Assembly: GCF_000012905.2 (NCBI RefSeq)
Contig: NC_007493.2
Location: forward strand, 1,800,001 to 1,832,000
DNA from: Cereibacter sphaeroides 2.4.1
GTDB lineage: Bacteria > Pseudomonadota > Alphaproteobacteria > Rhodobacterales > Rhodobacteraceae
Direction of reading: 5' to 3'
DNA: 32,000 nt
The notes beneath the pieces are model-generated. The model was not told the DNA's origin. It ran no database searches and saw only the letters and a program-made list of their open reading frames with translations. Within the stretch, counting starts at the first letter, position 1. Each line of letters begins with the position of its first letter. Positions 21,739-30,202 of this stretch are shown piece by piece. The position numbers and the translations under genes are program-made.

Positions 21739-23841
21739 ATGCTGAGCCCCTATCTCCTCCTCCTGCTCGTGCCCGCGCCGCCGCTCGCGGTGTTCCTGAT
21801 CCTCGGGCTCGATCCGTTCTTCCTGCGCCGCAAGGCGGTGCAGGGGCTGGCGCTTCTGGGCGGCATCGCGCCCTTCTTCGCCATGCTGCCGCTGCTGGGC
21901 CTCTGTCTCGGGACGGAGTGCCGGGGCGTCATGCCGATCTTCACGCTGGTCTTCGGCCAGTCCGAGGTGGCGCTGGCGCTGCTGCTCGATCCGATGAGCA
22001 CGCTCGTGGGCCTCACGGTCGCGGCGGTGGGCGCCATGGTGATGACCTATGCCATCGACTACATGTCGGATGCGCGCATCGCCGACCTGCGGCGCTTCTT
22101 CGCGCTGATGAACCTGTTCCTCGCCGCCATGCTGACCATGGTGCTGGCGGGCGACACGATCACCTTCTTCTTCGGCTGGGAGCTGATGGGGCTCTGCTCC
22201 TTCTTCCTCATCGCCTACAACACGGGCCTGCCGCAGGCGGTGGCCGCGGGGCGCAAGGCCTTCATCATCACCCGCTTCGCCGACGCCTTCCTGCTCGCGG
22301 GGCTGCTGCTCCTGTTCCTCGAGGCCAATTCCGTGCGCCTCGACGTGCTGATCCCCGCGGGCACGATCATGACCGAGGACCGGCATGTGGTGATCGCGCT
22401 CCTGCTGCTCGCAGGCGCCCTCGGCAAGTCGGCGCAGGTGCCGTTCCACACCTGGCTCCCCTCGGCCATGGCGGGGCCCACGCCCGTCTCGGCGCTGCTC
22501 CACTCGGCCACGATGGTGGCGGCGGGCGCCTTCATGCTGGCGCGCTTCTCGCCCATCGTCATGTCCGAGCCCGCGGTGCAGACCATCGCCGCCATCTTCG
22601 GCGTGGGCACCGCGGCCTTCGGCGCGCTCTCGGCGATCTTCCAGGCCGATGTGAAGCGGTTGCTGGCCTATTCCTCGATCAGCCAGATCGGCTTCATGGT
22701 GCTGGCCGTGGGCCTCGGCGCGCCGCAGGTGGCCATCGCCCATTTCGTCGTCCATGCGATGTTCAAGTCGCTCCTGTTCCTTGCCGCGGGCGACATCACC
22801 CATGGCTCGGATCTGGGCACCAGCATGATGGCGATGCGCGGCGCGCTGCGCAGACGGCCCATCGCCTTCGTGACCTATGTGGCGGGCGCCTCGTCGCTCG
22901 CGGGCCTGCCCTTCGTGACCGCGGGCTGGTGGTCGAAGGAGGCGATCCTCGCCACCGCCTGGAGCGGCGGCGCCTTCGGCATCCTCGTCTGGGGCGTGGC
23001 GCTTCTCACCGCGACCTGCACCGCCATCTATGCCTTCCGCCCGGTGTTCGAGGCGCTCCAGCCCGAGCCCGAGCATCTGAGCCGGGCCCGCCACGGCCAT
23101 GCCGTGGCCCTCGACCTGCATTACCGCAAGCGCTGGGGCAGCGCCTTCATCGGCCTGCCGCTCGTGGTGCTGGCCTCGGGCTCGCTTCTGGGCGGCGTGC
23201 TGGTCGGGCCGATCATCCGCTTCCTCGGCGCCGAGCCGCCGCATCCCTCGCACCTGCCCGAGCTGGTGGCGGCCTTCGCGCCCTTCGTGGGCATCGCGAC
23301 GGCGGCGGCGCTGACCTTCGTGCCCTCGCTCGCCGCGGCGGTCGCGGGCGCGCGCGACATGCGGCGGCCCACGCGGCTCGACCGCAAGTTCCAGCGCTGG
23401 GTGATCGAACCCTATGTCCGGCTCGTCCGCTTCCTTGCAGGCAACCGGATGGGCGCGCGGGCCGAGGCCGAGCTCGAGCTGCGCCATGTGCAGATCGTGC
23501 GCTGGCTGAGCCGCGGCGCGCGGATGGACGGGATCTATCAAGCGCTCTTCGTGCGCCCCTTCGTGAATACCGTCCGCTGGCTGACCGGCCACCGCGGCGG
23601 CACCGTCGATCCGGTGGGCACGCTGCCCGTCACCCTCGCCCAGAGGGGAATGCAGGCGCTGGTCACCCGGCTCGCGCATGACCGGTTCGACCGGTTCTGG
23701 ATGCGCTCGGCCAACCGTCTGGTGCGGCTCTGGGTGCTGGCCTCGGCCCTTCAGACGGGGCGGAGCCGGGACTATGCGCTCGGTGCGGCTCTGGGAACGG
23801 CCGCTCTTCTCGTGATTGCATGGGGTACGACATGGAACTGA
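21739..23841 (+). CDS. nuoL: NADH:quinone oxidoreductase subunit L (antiporter-like), unusually long
   Basis: 700 aa with the Mrp/NuoL core motif WLPSAMAGPTPVSALLHSATMV. It has a long Arg-rich amphipathic C-terminal region before the last TM segment. Confidence 0.9.
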   Translation: MLSPYLLLLLVPAPPLAVFLILGLDPFFLRRKAVQGLALLGGIAPFFAMLPLLGLCLGTECRGVMPIFTLVFGQSEVALALLLDPMSTLVGLTVAAVGAMVMTYAIDYMSDARIADLRRFFALMNLFLAAMLTMVLAGDTITFFFGWELMGLCSFFLIAYNTGLPQAVAAGRKAFIITRFADAFLLAGLLLLFLEANSVRLDVLIPAGTIMTEDRHVVIALLLLAGALGKSAQVPFHTWLPSAMAGPTPVSALLHSATMVAAGAFMLARFSPIVMSEPAVQTIAAIFGVGTAAFGALSAIFQADVKRLLAYSSISQIGFMVLAVGLGAPQVAIAHFVVHAMFKSLLFLAAGDITHGSDLGTSMMAMRGALRRRPIAFVTYVAGASSLAGLPFVTAGWWSKEAILATAWSGGAFGILVWGVALLTATCTAIYAFRPVFEALQPEPEHLSRARHGHAVALDLHYRKRWGSAFIGLPLVVLASGSLLGGVLVGPIIRFLGAEPPHPSHLPELVAAFAPFVGIATAAALTFVPSLAAAVAGARDMRRPTRLDRKFQRWVIEPYVRLVRFLAGNRMGARAEAELELRHVQIVRWLSRGARMDGIYQALFVRPFVNTVRWLTGHRGGTVDPVGTLPVTLAQRGMQALVTRLAHDRFDRFWMRSANRLVRLWVLASALQTGRSRDYALGAALGTAALLVIAWGTTWN

Positions 23842-25280
23842 CCGCGCTCATCCTGCTGCCGTTCTTCGGCGGGGTCGCCGCGCTCTTCGCCGGGCGCTGG
23901 GGACGGGACGCCGAGCGCTGGGTGGCGATCCTGGCCTTGAGCCTCGCGCTCCTCATCCTGATCTCGAGCTTCTTCTCGCCCGGCGACGGGCGCTGGATCG
24001 CGCTCGAGCGCTACGACTGGGCGCCCTCGCTGGGGGTGCAGGTGATCCTCGCCATGGACGGGCTCTCGGGGGCGCTTCTTCTGGTGTCGCTGGCGCTCGG
24101 GATCGTCTCGGTCGTCGTCTCCTGGAAGATCACCGAATATCCGGGCCTGCTGAACGCGGCGCTGCTCTGGACGGTGGCGGCCTCGAACGGGGTGTTCCTC
24201 TCGTTCGACCTCCTCGTCTTCGCCTTCTTCTGGGAGCTGATGCTGGTTCCGGCCTTCCTGCTGATCTCGGTCTGGGGACATGGCGACCGCGAGGCGGCGG
24301 CGCTGAAGTTCCTCGTCTTCAACGCGGTGGCGGGGCTGGGGCTCCTGGCCGCGGTCTTCTATCTCGGGGCCACGGGCGACAGGGTCACGTTCGACGCCTT
24401 CGAGGTGGCCGAGCGCCAGATCCCGCACGGGGTGCAGGTCCTGCTGCTCCTGGGCTTCGCCGGCGCCTTCCTCGTGAAGCTGCCCGTGCCGCCGCTTCAT
24501 GCCTGGCTGCCCGACGCCCATACCCAGGCGCCCACCGCGGGCTCGATCCTGCTCGCGGGGCTTCTCCTGAAGACCGGGGCCTACGGGCTCTTCCGCTTCC
24601 CGCCGATGCTCTTCCCCGAAGGCTTCGCCACGCTCGCGCCCTTCGGGCTGGCGCTCGGCGCCTTCGGCTCGATCTACGGCGCGCTTCTGGCCTGCGGGCA
24701 GACCGACGCCAAGCGGCTGGTGGCCTATACCTCCGTTGCGCACATGAGCATCGTGCTCATGGGGATTTGCGGCGGGGTCTATTTCTCGCTCATGGGGGCG
24801 GGCGTCGAGATGGTGGCGCATGCCTTCTCGGCCTCGGCGCTGTTCCTGCTGATCGGCGCGCTCTATGACCGGACCGGCACGCGCGACCTGCGCGAGCTGG
24901 GCGGGCTCCAGCAGAACGCGCCGCGCTTTGCCGCCGCCTTCGCGGTCTTCTTCTCGGCGGCGCTCGCCATGCCGGGCACCGCGAACTTCCTCGGCGAGGC
25001 GCTGGTCATCACCGGCATGTTCCAGGTGAACTGGATCTTCGCCTCGATCACGCTCATCTCGCTGGTGGTGTCGGTCGTCTATGCCACGCGGCTGTTCAAG
25101 CGGGTGGTGTTCGGCACGTCGCGCCGGACAGCCGCGCTCGAGGATCTGACCTTGCGCGAGATGGGGCCGATCGTGCTCCTCGCCGTGGCCACGCTGCTCT
25201 TCGGGATGCTGCCGCAGATGCTGATGGGCGCGCTCGAAGGCGCGGTCGAGGCGGCCCTTACGTCGGTGACGGTTCCCTGA
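23832..25280 (+). CDS. nuoM: NADH:quinone oxidoreductase subunit M (antiporter-like)
   Basis: It contains the motif HAWLPDAHTQAPTAGSILLAGLLLK. The start is either the ATG at 23832 (MELTALILLPFFGG, preferred) or the ATG at 23820. Both overlap the nuoL 3' end. Confidence 0.88.
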   Translation: MELTALILLPFFGGVAALFAGRWGRDAERWVAILALSLALLILISSFFSPGDGRWIALERYDWAPSLGVQVILAMDGLSGALLLVSLALGIVSVVVSWKITEYPGLLNAALLWTVAASNGVFLSFDLLVFAFFWELMLVPAFLLISVWGHGDREAAALKFLVFNAVAGLGLLAAVFYLGATGDRVTFDAFEVAERQIPHGVQVLLLLGFAGAFLVKLPVPPLHAWLPDAHTQAPTAGSILLAGLLLKTGAYGLFRFPPMLFPEGFATLAPFGLALGAFGSIYGALLACGQTDAKRLVAYTSVAHMSIVLMGICGGVYFSLMGAGVEMVAHAFSASALFLLIGALYDRTGTRDLRELGGLQQNAPRFAAAFAVFFSAALAMPGTANFLGEALVITGMFQVNWIFASITLISLVVSVVYATRLFKRVVFGTSRRTAALEDLTLREMGPIVLLAVATLLFGMLPQMLMGALEGAVEAALTSVTVP

Positions 25281-26623
25281 TGCCGAGCTTTCCTGCCCTT
25301 GTGCCCGTGATCCTGCTCGGTGTCGGCGCGGTGGCGGCGATGCTGGCCGCCCCCCGCCTGCCCGGCCTCTCGCGCTGGATCGCGGGAACGGCGCTCCTCT
25401 GCGCGAGCGTCGCACTCGCGCTGCGGCTCGGCGCACCTGCAAGCCTCTCGGAGCTGCTGGCCGACGACCGGCTGGCACGCCTCGCGGGGCTCGGCATCTG
25501 CCTCGCGGGTCTGGGCAGCCTTGCCTTCCTGCGCCCGGCTGGTCCCTCGAAGGAGGGGCCGGCGCTTCTCCTTCTCGCCACGCTCGGGGGCACGGTGCTC
25601 GCGGGCGCCATCCATGCGGCGACCCTTTTCCTCGGGCTCGAGCTCATCACGCTGGCCCTCGTCGCGCTCTTCGTCCTGCCGCTCGACCGGCCCGCGCTCG
25701 AGGCGGGCTACAAGTTCCTGATCCTCGGCGCGGCGGCGGCCGCAACGCTGCTGATGGGGCTCGCCCTCGCCCATGCCGCGACGGGGTCGCTCGCGCTCGT
25801 GGCCCTCGGCGGCGAGGGCGTGCTTCCGGCGCTGGCCGCAGCGCTCCTCCTCGCAGGGCTCGCCTTCAAGTTCGCCCTCGTGCCCTTCCACATGTGGACG
25901 CCGGACGCCTTCACCGGAGCGCCCGGCGCCGCGGCGGCCTTCGCGGGCGCCGCCTCGAAGATCGCCGTGGTGGTGGCGCTGATCCGGCTCGATGCGGTGG
26001 GCCTGCCCGAGGTCTGGGCACTCGGCCTCGCGGCCTTCGGCGGCGCCTCGATGCTCCTCGGCAACATCGCGGCCCTCCGGCAGGACAGTCTGGCGCGGAT
26101 GCTCGGCTATTCCTCGGTGGCCCATGCGGGTTACATCGCGGCGGCGCTGGGGGCGGGCGCGGCTTCGGCGCCGGCGGCCGCGGGCTTCTACATCCTGGCC
26201 TATGCGCCCGGGCTGCTGGCCGCGCTCTGTGTGGCGACGCTCCTCGGGCGCGAGACGCGGATCGGCGATCTGCGCGGCCTCGTCTGGTCCCGGCCGCTCG
26301 CCGGGGCCGCGCTGGCGGTGGCGCTCGTCTCGCTGGCGGGCCTGCCGGTGTCGGCGGGATTCTTCGGCAAATATGCGATCTTCTCGGCCCTCATCGAGGC
26401 GCGGGCCTGGCTGCTCCTCGCGCTCGCGCTCGTGGGCTCGGCCCTCGGAGCCTATTACTACCTGCGCTTCGTGGCGTTGATCTTCCGCCGTGTGGAGGCT
26501 CCTGCCCTTGCCCCGCTCCGCTGGTCCGACCGCACGCTTCTCGCGCTGGCCACCGGCATGACCCTCCTTCTCGGGGTCCGGCCCGACCTGCTCCTAGACC
26601 TCGTGCGGACAGCCCTCGGCTGA
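25280..26623 (+). CDS. nuoN: NADH:quinone oxidoreductase subunit N (antiporter-like)
   Basis: 447 aa containing the motif PFHMWTPDAFTGAPGAAAAF. TGATG overlap with nuoM. It is the last nuo gene. Confidence 0.9.
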   Translation: MPSFPALVPVILLGVGAVAAMLAAPRLPGLSRWIAGTALLCASVALALRLGAPASLSELLADDRLARLAGLGICLAGLGSLAFLRPAGPSKEGPALLLLATLGGTVLAGAIHAATLFLGLELITLALVALFVLPLDRPALEAGYKFLILGAAAAATLLMGLALAHAATGSLALVALGGEGVLPALAAALLLAGLAFKFALVPFHMWTPDAFTGAPGAAAAFAGAASKIAVVVALIRLDAVGLPEVWALGLAAFGGASMLLGNIAALRQDSLARMLGYSSVAHAGYIAAALGAGAASAPAAAGFYILAYAPGLLAALCVATLLGRETRIGDLRGLVWSRPLAGAALAVALVSLAGLPVSAGFFGKYAIFSALIEARAWLLLALALVGSALGAYYYLRFVALIFRRVEAPALAPLRWSDRTLLALATGMTLLLGVRPDLLLDLVRTALG

Positions 26624-26700
26624 GACATCCGGGACAATCCCGGCAGGAACCGCGGGTGGACCGCGATCATTGGTGCGGCAAGCGTCAGGGAGCCCGCACC

Positions 26701-28152
26701 ATGAGCCCACACCGGCCGATCCTCCGGTCCGAAGAAACCTGTTGGCGCCTCGCGCGCGCCGACCGTCTGGCCGTCATCATCGATGCCGCCGACTATTTCG
26801 CCCGCGTGAAGCAGGCCATTCTCGAGGCGCGCCACTCGGTGCTGCTCGTGGCCTGGGACTTCGATGCGCGGATCCGCCTCGACCCGCGCGGCCCCCGGGG
26901 CAAGAGCCCGGACCGGCTGGGCCGCTTCCTCAACTGGGTGGTGCGCCACCGACCCGAACTCGAGATCCGGGTGCTGAAATGGGACCTCGGCACCGTGAAG
27001 GCGCTGGGGCGCGGCTCGACCCCGCTCTTCGTGCTGGACTGGCTGACGGACAGGCGGATGAAGTTGCGCCTCGACAGCGCCCACCCTTTGTCCTCGGTGC
27101 ATCACCAGAAGATCGTGGTGATCGACGATGTGCTGGCCTTCTGCGGCGGCATCGACATGACCGCCGACCGCTGGGACACGCGCGACCATCTCGACGACGA
27201 CCCGCACCGGCGTAGGCCCACCACGCGGCGGGCCTACGGGCCGTGGCACGATGTGACGACCGCGGTGAACGGACCAGCGGCGGCGGCCCTGGGCCAGATC
27301 ACGCGCGACCGCTGGGAGCAGGCCACCGGCGAGCGGCTCGAGCCGCCGCCGGCCTGCGAGACGCGCTGGCTCGAGGGGCTCGAGCCGCTCTTCGAGGGGG
27401 TGGACATCGGCATCTCGCGGACGCTGCCGGAATATGGCGAGCGGAAGGGCGTGCATGAGATCGAGAAGCTCTATCTCGAGATCATCGCCCGGGCCGAGCG
27501 GTCCATCTATATCGAAAGCCAGTATTTCGCCTCGCGCCGGATCGGGGATGCCATCGCCGCGCGGCTGCGCGAGCCCGAGGGCCCCGAGATCGTGGTGGTC
27601 AATCCCCTGACCGCGAGCGGCTGGCTGGAGGAGACGGTGATGGGCGCCGCCCGCGCCAAGCTTCTCAAGGAGATCGCCGAGGCCGACCGCTACGACCGGT
27701 TCCGCATCTACCATCCGGTGACGCTGAAGGGGCAGCCGATCTATGTCCATGCCAAGGTTCTGGTCATGGACGAGCATCTGCTGAAGGTCGGCTCCTCGAA
27801 CCTCAACAACCGCTCGATGGGGTTCGACACGGAATGCGATCTCTCGGTCGAGGCGGGCCCCGCCGACAGTGGCCTGCAGGAGCGGATCACGCTCTTGCGC
27901 GACGACCTGATCTCTGAGCATCTGGGCGTGCCGCTTGCCACTTTTCAGGACGTGCTGAGGGCCAAGGGCTCGCTGATTGCGGCCATCGAATCCCTGCGCG
28001 GTCCGGGGCGGTCGCTGCGGCCGCTCGAGCCGCCGGAGCTGGGCCCCATCGGCGAGAATGTGATCGCCGAGAACGACCTGCTCGATCCCGAGCGCGTGTC
28101 GCGCTTCTGGCGCAGGCGGAGCGGCTGGGCCGGGCTCGGGCGCGCGTCATGA
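26701..28152 (+). CDS. Phospholipase D superfamily protein with two HKD motifs (cardiolipin-synthase/PLD-like)
   Basis: I trimmed track ORF 25894..28152 to the ATG at 26701, with GGGAG upstream, giving 483 aa. HKD motif 1 is HHQKIVVIDDVLAFCGGIDM, and HKD motif 2 is HAKVLVMDEHLLKVGSSNLNNRS. I see no obvious TM segment or signal peptide. Confidence 0.85.
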   Translation: MSPHRPILRSEETCWRLARADRLAVIIDAADYFARVKQAILEARHSVLLVAWDFDARIRLDPRGPRGKSPDRLGRFLNWVVRHRPELEIRVLKWDLGTVKALGRGSTPLFVLDWLTDRRMKLRLDSAHPLSSVHHQKIVVIDDVLAFCGGIDMTADRWDTRDHLDDDPHRRRPTTRRAYGPWHDVTTAVNGPAAAALGQITRDRWEQATGERLEPPPACETRWLEGLEPLFEGVDIGISRTLPEYGERKGVHEIEKLYLEIIARAERSIYIESQYFASRRIGDAIAARLREPEGPEIVVVNPLTASGWLEETVMGAARAKLLKEIAEADRYDRFRIYHPVTLKGQPIYVHAKVLVMDEHLLKVGSSNLNNRSMGFDTECDLSVEAGPADSGLQERITLLRDDLISEHLGVPLATFQDVLRAKGSLIAAIESLRGPGRSLRPLEPPELGPIGENVIAENDLLDPERVSRFWRRRSGWAGLGRAS

Positions 28153-28493
28153 CCCCCGCCGAGCGGCAACGCGAGCTCCAGCGGCTCGACGATCTGGCGC
28201 GGCTCCTCGATGCGCGCTTCCGTCTCTTCGGCATCCGCTTCGGCTGGGACGGGATTGCGAGCATCGTGCCGGGTCTCGGCGATGCGGTGACGGCGCTGCC
28301 CGGGGCCTGGCTGATCTGGCGGGCCAGCAGGCTGGGCGTTCCGAGGTCCGTCATCCTGCGGATGGCGGCCAATTGCGGCATCGACCTCGTGGGGGGCAGC
28401 GTGCCGCTCCTCGGCACGCTGTTCGATGTGGCCTTCAAGTCGAACCTGCGCAACATGGCCCTGCTCCGCCGGCATCTGGAGGAGACGCGCTAG
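28149..28493 (+). CDS. Small membrane protein, DUF4112-like
   Basis: 114 aa with an ATGA overlap on the PLD gene stop. Motifs FGWDGIASIVPGLGDAVTA and GGSVPLLGTLFDVAFKSN resemble my recollection of the DUF4112 family. There are two predicted hydrophobic segments. Confidence 0.6.
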   Translation: MTPAERQRELQRLDDLARLLDARFRLFGIRFGWDGIASIVPGLGDAVTALPGAWLIWRASRLGVPRSVILRMAANCGIDLVGGSVPLLGTLFDVAFKSNLRNMALLRRHLEETR

Positions 28494-28514
28494 AGGCTGC
28501 CCGCCACGGGTTCG

Positions 28515-29759
28515 TCAGGGCGCGTCCGGCGGAAGCGAGGCGTAATAGGCCGCGAGAGCCACGATCTCCGCATCGCTCAGGAGCTTTGCCGCCTCCGTCA
28601 TCAGCGGGGCCCGCGGCCCGCCGCCGCGCACCCCGTCGCGCCAGAGCCGCAGCTGCACTTCGAGATAGGCGCGATATTGCCCGGCAAGCGCCGGCGTGTC
28701 GGAACGCCTGCGCTCGGCATCGGGGCCGTGGCAGGACTGGCAGGCCGGCACGTCCCGAAGCCCGGCCTCGGCCGTCGCCAGAGCGCGTCCGCGCACCACG
28801 GGATCCGCCGCAACGGCGGCCGCGGCCGCGGCCTCGCCCCGCGGCGCCTCTCCCGCAGCGGCGGCAACCGAGCCCGCGACCGGCTCGCTGAGCGTCGCCA
28901 CGGCGGCGGCAGGTTCCGGCCCGCCGTGGAAGGACCCGGAGAGGGTGGTGAGCGGGACGTCCCATGCGGGTGTGTCCGCCGGGGCTTCCGGTCCCGCGGC
29001 GGGGCGTGTGGCCCCCTCTTCGCCGCCGGCACGCACCCGGCCGAAGCGCTGCGCCAGCGCCCGCAGCCTTTCGCCCGGCACGGCGGAGGCGGCATGTGTC
29101 ATGTAGCCGCTCTGCCGCCGCCCGTCGCGATAGGACAGCAGCGCCATCTCCAGATAGTCCGGGGTCTGGATGTCGAGCCGGGGAATGCGCGCATTGCCCG
29201 ACACGCCGTCGGTGCCGTGGCATCCGGCGCAATAGCCGAAGCCCGGCGGGCCCTCGGTGGAGGCGGGTCCCACCAGCGCCGCATATTGCTCATGGGTCAT
29301 GCTGCCCACGCGGGTGAGGAAGGCCACGACCGACCAGACCTCGTCGTTGCGCACCGAGGGCCAGCCCGGCATCCCGGACATCTTCACGCCCTCGCGCACG
29401 ATCCAGCCGAGTTCGGCCGGCGTCCATGAACCGACCGCCTCGGCGATGGGCGGAGGCGCGGGCACCATCGCGCGGATCGTGGCCGTCCGCATCGTGCCCG
29501 GCGCGCCGTGGCAGGTCTCGCAGGCCGAGGCATAGTGCCGGGCGCCGAGGCGCACCATGGGCTCCGTCAGATCGGGCACCTCCTCGGGCGACGGGGCGCG
29601 CAGCTCGACGGAGTTGCGGAAGGTGGTGTGGAGCACCCAGCTCACGCCCGGCCAATGCCCGCTCCGCGCCGAGGTGTTGTAGAGGCCGAGGAAGACCACG
29701 GCCAACCCGGCCAGCGCCCCCGCCACGGCCAGACCTCCCAGAAGCAGGACAGGTCTCAT
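28515..29759 (-). CDS. Membrane-anchored triheme c-type cytochrome
   Basis: I trimmed the track ORF to the ATG at 29759, with SD GGAGGG 6 nt upstream, giving 414 aa. The N-terminal TM anchor is RPVLLLGGLAVAGALAGLAVVFLGL. There are three CxxCH motifs (CETCH, CAGCH, CQSCH). The last two domains are cytochrome c4-like (AGQ..YL..QL..) and are separated by an Ala/Pro-rich linker. Confidence 0.85.
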   Translation of the reverse strand: MRPVLLLGGLAVAGALAGLAVVFLGLYNTSARSGHWPGVSWVLHTTFRNSVELRAPSPEEVPDLTEPMVRLGARHYASACETCHGAPGTMRTATIRAMVPAPPPIAEAVGSWTPAELGWIVREGVKMSGMPGWPSVRNDEVWSVVAFLTRVGSMTHEQYAALVGPASTEGPPGFGYCAGCHGTDGVSGNARIPRLDIQTPDYLEMALLSYRDGRRQSGYMTHAASAVPGERLRALAQRFGRVRAGGEEGATRPAAGPEAPADTPAWDVPLTTLSGSFHGGPEPAAAVATLSEPVAGSVAAAAGEAPRGEAAAAAAVAADPVVRGRALATAEAGLRDVPACQSCHGPDAERRRSDTPALAGQYRAYLEVQLRLWRDGVRGGGPRAPLMTEAAKLLSDAEIVALAAYYASLPPDAP

Positions 29760-29784
29760 GCGGATCCCTCCGGGGTGCGCGATT

Positions 29785-30192
29785 TCATCGACAGGTCCCC
29801 GCAAATAGCGCGGGCAGCGCGGTGTAGACGGTGCCCACGAAGGAGACGATGGCGAGCAGGAAGGCCGCGTGGCCCAGAAACTCGTGCCGGTCCTCGTTGT
29901 TGCCGCCCGCGTGGGAGTAATCGTGATCGTCGAGGAAATCCCATTGCCGCCAGGCGCTGCGGGCCACCAGCAGGATGCCCGCGAGGGCGAGCAGCGTCAG
30001 CGCGGCCATGCCCCAGCGCAAGAGATCGACTTCCGCTTCCGCGCGCGGGACCTTGGCGCAGAAGACGGCGGCCGCTCCGTAGCAGAGCACGAAATGCACA
30101 GCCCAGATCGTGGGGGCGAAGGTGATCTTCCAGAGGCTCGCGCGCTCCTCGGAGAATTCCTGCTCCTGCGAGATCTTCCGCTCGTCGCTCAT
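29785..30192 (-). CDS. Hypothetical 3-TM membrane protein, possible small subunit of the adjacent oxidase
   Basis: I trimmed the track ORF to the ATG at 30192, with SD GAGGGGGG upstream, giving 135 aa. It has three hydrophobic helices and lies between the oxidase subunit I/III gene and the cytochrome c gene on the same strand. I recognise no diagnostic motif. Confidence 0.5.
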   Translation of the reverse strand: MSDERKISQEQEFSEERASLWKITFAPTIWAVHFVLCYGAAAVFCAKVPRAEAEVDLLRWGMAALTLLALAGILLVARSAWRQWDFLDDHDYSHAGGNNEDRHEFLGHAAFLLAIVSFVGTVYTALPALFAGTCR

Positions 30193-30202
30193 GCCGCCCC
30201 CC

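Noticed and set aside
26624-26700. Small hairpins after nuoN (CCGGGA-CAA-TCCCGG at about 26627-26641; GGTGCGG...CCGCACC at about 26672-26700) as a possible terminator or translational control element for the PLD gene.
   Set aside because: The stems are short and have no U-tract, and such hairpins are expected by chance at this GC content. I cannot argue function without transcript data, so this is only mentioned under the PLD finding as 'no convincing terminator'.
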